This document shows, one piece after another, positions 27,301 to 31,242 of a stretch of 31,242 nucleotides of DNA. The stretch is from a virus (lineage: Duplodnaviria; Caudoviricetes), in IMG/VR virus record IMGVR_UViG_3300018048_000033, positions 1 through 31,242 of that record; one strand, 5' to 3'. The notes below the pieces were generated by a model. The model was not told where the DNA came from. It was given only the letters and a program-made list of their open reading frames with translations, and did not search any database. A program made the position numbers and the translations under genes. Positions within the stretch are counted from its first letter, which is position 1; every line of letters begins with the position of its first letter.

Positions 27301-29036
27301 TCAACAGTGTCAGATATTCCTGAGCCTTTGGCCGGAAACAATAATTCTTTTGTTCCCCATTTGTCGTACATGAAAAGTTGTCCGTCGGTATCAAGAATGT
27401 AATCGCCACCGCCACCGTGAATAATTGTTTTGCCGTCTGGTTGGTGAGTGAACGCATACGTGGTGTCGGTTTCGGGGAAGTCCATTTGTATTGACGTTTG
27501 TTTGTACGGGTTCGGCGTCATTGCGTCAATAGTTTCACCAAGCGCCGAATTCGGAGTCGGTTTGATTGTTGACGGTATGCCGGACTGCGATATGAAAGTA
27601 ACAGTCCCGTCATCGTTCAATAAGTATTCAAGGCTGGAGTCCGAAGGGTTAAGCACTGACGACGTTCCGTCAGGGTAATGCGTATAAGACCAGACGCCAT
27701 TACTTTTCGGATACGTGATTGGTAATGCTTCGGTAGTCGCAATAGTTGTTGATGCTTCACCGCCAACACCTAACGCTTCGTCCGCTAACGCTTGCGCTTC
27801 CGATGCTGACATACTCGGTTCAAGAGATACCGGTATAACTTCCGATGTTTGCGGAACGACGTCAATAACGATGGGCGTGTCGGCAGCGGTTTGGCCAGCC
27901 TCCGTCAATTTTCCCGGAGTAAAACCAAGCGGATTCTCAGGCGTGTTACCGCCAATAGGTTGCGGAGGTGTGTGCGTCTTAACGTCGGTAACGAGCATCA
28001 TTGTGCAACGACAGTTCGGGTGCGCCGGCGGTGTCATGCGTCCGGTAGAGAACGGTTTGTTTAATGGTTGTAGTTGCCCGTTAAGCGGTGCGCAAATGTT
28101 GCATACGTCAAAGCGTCCCGTTGACCACTGCTTGCGAGAGTTCTTAGGAGAGATAATGCCTTTCTTTTCCATTTGAAGGAACGACTGAAGTTTGCCTTCG
28201 TTGTTGGCCGTCATCATTTCGGTACGTGCGATAGTGCGTGCTCTTGCTTTACGCAGTTTGTCAGCGTACTTCTGCGTATCCTTCTTAACTTTTTCTACAG
28301 CCTTAGAGCCGGTAATACCTTTCTTGGCTAAGTCTTTCGCTATCTTTTCTGCCCGTGTCGCAACCGCTTGTTCGTAACGTGTGGTTAAACCGTTCACGTT
28401 AGTTCCGAACAGCGTCGCTAAAGACTTCGCTGGGTCGGTAGTTGGGTTTACAAGTTTTAACGCTGCAACAAGATCGCTTTGTAGTTGTGCCGGCGTCCGC
28501 CCAACCTTGTATGCACGTGCGACAACTTGGCGTATCGCTTCACGCTGCGACTCAACCATGTTTGTCACTAACTGTGCGGACTGTTTCTTAGCGAACGAGA
28601 TCGCTCCCGGTGCAGTTTGGTCAAACGTGTGTTGCATGACGATCTTGGAAGGCAACGGCGGTGTAAGCGATTCGGCTTTGCCTATTGCTGCGTACTGGTT
28701 TGAAATGCTTTGTACGGTTTCCCGTGTTGTGATGACCGCCGACTCAACAAGTTCTTTGAGCAGCAAAGTTTCAATGACGTCTTGGAGAGGCGCTAAAGCG
28801 TTCAGTACCGTACGGTTATAGGTTGCGATATCTCCGCCGTCTATGAGCCTCTGCGCTGCGTCTCTTGGTATCAAGTCGTTCGCTCGGAGGATTACGTCGG
28901 AAAGCGCTTTCTCGTTCTTAGAGAGCGTCTCAGTGCCGGTGTCTCGGTAAGCGGTTTCGCCGGCTTTGCTTTTGAATAACGGCAAACGTCCCCAAAGGTC
29001 GCTGCGCTTTTTGCTGACACGGACAACGCCGGTCAT
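24378..29036 (-). CDS. MuF (gp7-like) minor head protein fused to repeats, a kinase-like domain and a VIP2-type ADP-ribosyltransferase
   Basis: MuF: RARTIARTE...C..C..LNG...PPAHPNCRC. Kinase-like: YIFKP, ELEVA, DWIIGNYDSHTEQF, IDKG. ART: YSGSGY..IN..LR, VVRR, FVSTT, REEELL. Confidence 0.9.
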   Translation of the reverse strand: MTGVVRVSKKRSDLWGRLPLFKSKAGETAYRDTGTETLSKNEKALSDVILRANDLIPRDAAQRLIDGGDIATYNRTVLNALAPLQDVIETLLLKELVESAVITTRETVQSISNQYAAIGKAESLTPPLPSKIVMQHTFDQTAPGAISFAKKQSAQLVTNMVESQREAIRQVVARAYKVGRTPAQLQSDLVAALKLVNPTTDPAKSLATLFGTNVNGLTTRYEQAVATRAEKIAKDLAKKGITGSKAVEKVKKDTQKYADKLRKARARTIARTEMMTANNEGKLQSFLQMEKKGIISPKNSRKQWSTGRFDVCNICAPLNGQLQPLNKPFSTGRMTPPAHPNCRCTMMLVTDVKTHTPPQPIGGNTPENPLGFTPGKLTEAGQTAADTPIVIDVVPQTSEVIPVSLEPSMSASEAQALADEALGVGGEASTTIATTEALPITYPKSNGVWSYTHYPDGTSSVLNPSDSSLEYLLNDDGTVTFISQSGIPSTIKPTPNSALGETIDAMTPNPYKQTSIQMDFPETDTTYAFTHQPDGKTIIHGGGGDYILDTDGQLFMYDKWGTKELLFPAKGSGISDTVDVILTKHPNPTLTVEPPAFVDVTPVKPKVNTPPEGVIKVPTNGKIMEHEYWPNGDVHLHDPFQPGTSYLITPEGKVYRYDGFMSEQIVPTKGSGLGVLIEHLKETDNPFIVKPVIDINVVSKIPKADQQVVSIIDAYGEQKQMYQLSEGIWEYETKTGFKYRYSERTGTWFEQESINNFVDMEGGYPGGTKELIDKLKSLKTSGQLLKPTITPVAPVQLTNTNVVKLPFEGIDVEFIEVSPNSGVYQVNSIKNNRIYQSRRWDKNTQEWSYFDKETGTWLKGVDALDEDYWDELAVEFEMNGFSNTTVQLKPSVIELPQVKTPVAPVTPTPAAAPTTPTVKPTGPIKVKATKDLPEHIVDGDVIRYTNNNGKKFIIKKDGTIFRAADDGSIGAKFLPNKGTPLRKLGDHYSNNPQLFDDPLATVNVTAPTAPKPQKGPPKVTVKLPDGPVTPIPSPATQTTTGPWDVPDIKGGLKLDAQASTKLAGQNPKRVYTDSTGQQYIFKPQERWQAELEVATNNAMEMLGVPHAEVELVTINGQTGSLHKVLSEGGRVDSVKPAFGNSGVFDPTKLSEQQVEALQQNQLADWIIGNYDSHTEQFIRLSSSSDSAITPIGIDKGQAFKHLGKNAGDDADALWKFLENGSHYNPNKNASTKMAYQKLWDDFTAGKGVNIVKPSESGKIQLLLKRVEGITQRGSGEHKAFVDLWKNYADEAFKAGKLPKGMTPEKFVETLMKRLDDLAAKVAKQEELLVGTDAWKLKNGISIKIQTPETASIDPTLLAREYKFRSEQYFDNQYGSKVSGLPADQQVALKSYSGSGYVEINRSLRDNVLESDSVSRKIKKIDAAMSNSVLTEDVKVVRRAQSWTDANGSEVKLKNAVGKVIIHDNFVSTTAKSSGVFAGETLELSVPAGTRAVWLKPISHHAREEELLIDRGYRILITGQRVENNVTIYEGVVIPDDVASTAIPKYVKKPVPT

Positions 29037-29037
29037 T

Positions 29038-30366
29038 TTAGACCTGCTCGGCTTGACCCTGTGGCAAACCAGCCAAATTACGCAAATGGTTTTCTAGGTC
29101 GGTGTCGGGGAATAGCGGTGCGCCGGCTTGTGCTAGTGCGGTGACGTATGCTGCGATTGCTGCAATGTCCACGTTCTTTGGTGGCGTGTACTTCAAGGTT
29201 GGCGACAGTTCCTCATTGACGCCGTTCAAACGCATCAAGCGAGGAATGGCGTGCTGGTTGAACACTTCAGCAATTTCGGACAGGTATGCGTCAAGGCTCT
29301 TGATGAACAACTCAATCTTGCTGACCGATAACGCTTGCGAGCCAACTTGTTCGTGGCCAAGCAGAAGGAAGTCGGCGAGTACCGTCATTGCTATGCGCTG
29401 ATCGTAACGTCCGATGATTGCGTCAGTATCAAACTGTCGGCGTCCGCCAGTAGAAAGCAGTTTGAGTTCGTACGCCGGCTGCTTCGTATCCGGGTCGTAC
29501 GCCATCGGGAACACGATGCCTTCTTGCTCATCACGTTTAATGTTCCGAACGATCTGTTTGATTGCGTCTAGTGCTGCACGCTCATCACTGGTTGCGTTAT
29601 TGGAAAGCATTTGAGGCGGAACTAGCGCAACAGGCATACCGGCGAGGTCACGCTCAATACCGATCGCTTCAATTTCTTGGATACGACGCTTGTAATACCA
29701 AGGCACGTAAGCGTTACGGAGGATTGAACGTCCTTGAGGGTTATTGAGTTTCGCAGTTGTGCGGAACAGCAACGCTTTCGCGATAGGAATAAACACTAAA
29801 CCTTTGTTGGGTGCGCTGGTGTCACGCTGGTATGCGCCTTGAATACCGCCGTTCTCGTCAAGTTCCCAGCGTTCAATAGTTTCTTGTGAGCGTGCCGGCA
29901 GTTTGCGCCAAGCGATACGCCCATCGTTGTACTTTGAACGGGTGCGTGGGTCGTTCGTATAGCCACGCCGGTATTTGTAAACGAGTTCGTGATAACTGTA
30001 TCCGTGAACTAGGAACGAAATAATGCTGGCGAGCGTGTCGTGCCAACTGTCGCTCATGTCGGTTATGCACTGACCGATGAACTCCGCTTCACGGGTTGCT
30101 GCCTCATTGTTTTCTTCAGCAGGTTCAACCGACCAGTCAACGCCACGAATAAGCATTTCAATTGCTTGAAGCATTGCGCCGATAACAGGGTCGTTGTCGG
30201 ACATTTCGGTGTAGGCAGCGAACGCTTGTTTGCCTTGCAGTTGGCGAAGGAAGTCTTGACGGATTACGCCGGCGTTTTGATGCAGACCTGATGAGCCGAC
30301 TTCCATAAAGTCGGTTGATGACGCCTTGGCTTTGGCGACTTCGTTATCGGGAGAGACAGAATCCAC
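29038..30366 (-). CDS. Portal protein (DUF935/Mu gp29-like)
   Basis: NPQGRSILRNAY.PWYYK...EAIGIERDLAGMP...RYDQRIA; directly upstream of MuF. GTG 30366 preferred (6 nt after TACAGT). Confidence 0.9.
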   Translation of the reverse strand: MDSVSPDNEVAKAKASSTDFMEVGSSGLHQNAGVIRQDFLRQLQGKQAFAAYTEMSDNDPVIGAMLQAIEMLIRGVDWSVEPAEENNEAATREAEFIGQCITDMSDSWHDTLASIISFLVHGYSYHELVYKYRRGYTNDPRTRSKYNDGRIAWRKLPARSQETIERWELDENGGIQGAYQRDTSAPNKGLVFIPIAKALLFRTTAKLNNPQGRSILRNAYVPWYYKRRIQEIEAIGIERDLAGMPVALVPPQMLSNNATSDERAALDAIKQIVRNIKRDEQEGIVFPMAYDPDTKQPAYELKLLSTGGRRQFDTDAIIGRYDQRIAMTVLADFLLLGHEQVGSQALSVSKIELFIKSLDAYLSEIAEVFNQHAIPRLMRLNGVNEELSPTLKYTPPKNVDIAAIAAYVTALAQAGAPLFPDTDLENHLRNLAGLPQGQAEQV

Positions 30367-30370
30367 AGCG

Positions 30371-31168
30371 CTACTGTAGCGCATTGAGCGTTGTATTGGT
30401 CGGCGCTTCGTTACGCAAATTCATGGCGCTCATTGCTTTGCCGTTGAACCGGCGAATGGCGACAGGCAGATTGTTGGCCACAATACCGATTCGGTTTGAC
30501 GGTGCGGTGATAGCAAGGAGGTCGTTGTCCTCTTGGTTGTAGTAGCCGGCGTCCGTTAAGGCTTGAGCAGTCGGGAATACGTCAGCGTGCCGGTGGGCGT
30601 CTCGGTCAATCAAACCGTCTTGAAGTCCGCCGTACGAGAACACCACACGGAAGTTCGCTGGTAAAGCGCCGGCGTTCAATAGCATCGCAACCTCTTTTGT
30701 GTATGCGTAAAACAGAACGTGTGTTCGGTGCTCAGCAATATCAAGCCAGTCGGTTAGGTAACCGGAGTCAAAGAAGTCGCCGGCGTCGTGGATACGTACC
30801 GCTTTACCGCCACGCCGAATCCAGTCCGCTAAGTAGGTGTCGTTTGGATCGTGGTCAAGTAGGTGCGGTTGGCCTGTCGGCATAAAGCGTTTACCGCCAA
30901 CCTCGTCAAGCATCTGCGTTTTCCAAGCGTGCCGTTCGTACAGTACGTACTCAAGGTTTGCGAGGTGGCGTCCTGCGACGTTACTGAACCGGTATGTACC
31001 GAACTTCGCATAGCAGACACGGGCGCAAGTACCGGCGTTAGGGCAGGCGTTAAACAGTTCGCCGTTGCTTAGGCGTACAGCGTGAGCCGGTATTGTCCAG
31101 TTATAGACGCCGGCTTTTCGCAGTTCGCTGTTTTGGGATAGCAGGGTTTTGTTTGCTAACGGGTTCAC
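30371..31168 (-). CDS. GP88-like protein (radical-SAM-like Cys motif)
   Basis: WTIPA...CPNAGTCARVCYA...RIHDAGDFF...FYAYTK; GTG 31168 after GGAG preferred. Confidence 0.75.
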   Translation of the reverse strand: MNPLANKTLLSQNSELRKAGVYNWTIPAHAVRLSNGELFNACPNAGTCARVCYAKFGTYRFSNVAGRHLANLEYVLYERHAWKTQMLDEVGGKRFMPTGQPHLLDHDPNDTYLADWIRRGGKAVRIHDAGDFFDSGYLTDWLDIAEHRTHVLFYAYTKEVAMLLNAGALPANFRVVFSYGGLQDGLIDRDAHRHADVFPTAQALTDAGYYNQEDNDLLAITAPSNRIGIVANNLPVAIRRFNGKAMSAMNLRNEAPTNTTLNALQ

Positions 31169-31242
31169 GAAACTCTCCAATGTGATGTTTGAGTAAGGCT
31201 TATCGGCGCAACGACGGGCGCACGGCGAGCACCGTCAACCAT

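Noticed and set aside
1-31242. CRISPR array, tRNA, integrase/IS, intron/intein or recoded stop codons
   Set aside because: No repeat-spacer array, cloverleaf or mobile-element motifs noticed; genes pack tightly under the standard code.

Overview
31 kb of a tailed dsDNA (siphovirus-like) phage genome, most likely infecting an actinobacterium (WhiB gene, apparently leaderless TANNNT promoters, lipoprotein transglycosylase). The minus strand carries the virion module, read right to left: GP88-like protein, portal, a 1552-aa MuF head protein with a kinase-like domain and a C-terminal ADP-ribosyltransferase, a candidate immunity gene, a Dps-ferritin fusion, a multidomain XkdF-type prohead protease, a metallophosphoesterase cluster, scaffold, decoration protein, major capsid, head-tail joining genes, a Com-like zinc finger, two paralogous tail-tube genes, a -1 frameshifted tail chaperone, tape measure, tail-tip genes and the start of an M15-type endolysin. 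Two plus-strand accessory cassettes (about 10.75-12.8 kb and 19.7-21.5 kb) interrupt this operon and share a conserved ~100-bp promoter/leader. The most interesting candidates are (i) a dual-effector MuF toxin with a separately promoted immunity gene, (ii) a Com zinc finger plus RNA hairpin/GUG(A/U)CC motif circuit that may control tail gene translation, and (iii) a protease apparently split across two genes, with K|A/S-delimited capsid cargo including a Dps domain. All calls come from reading motifs by eye; no database searches were run.
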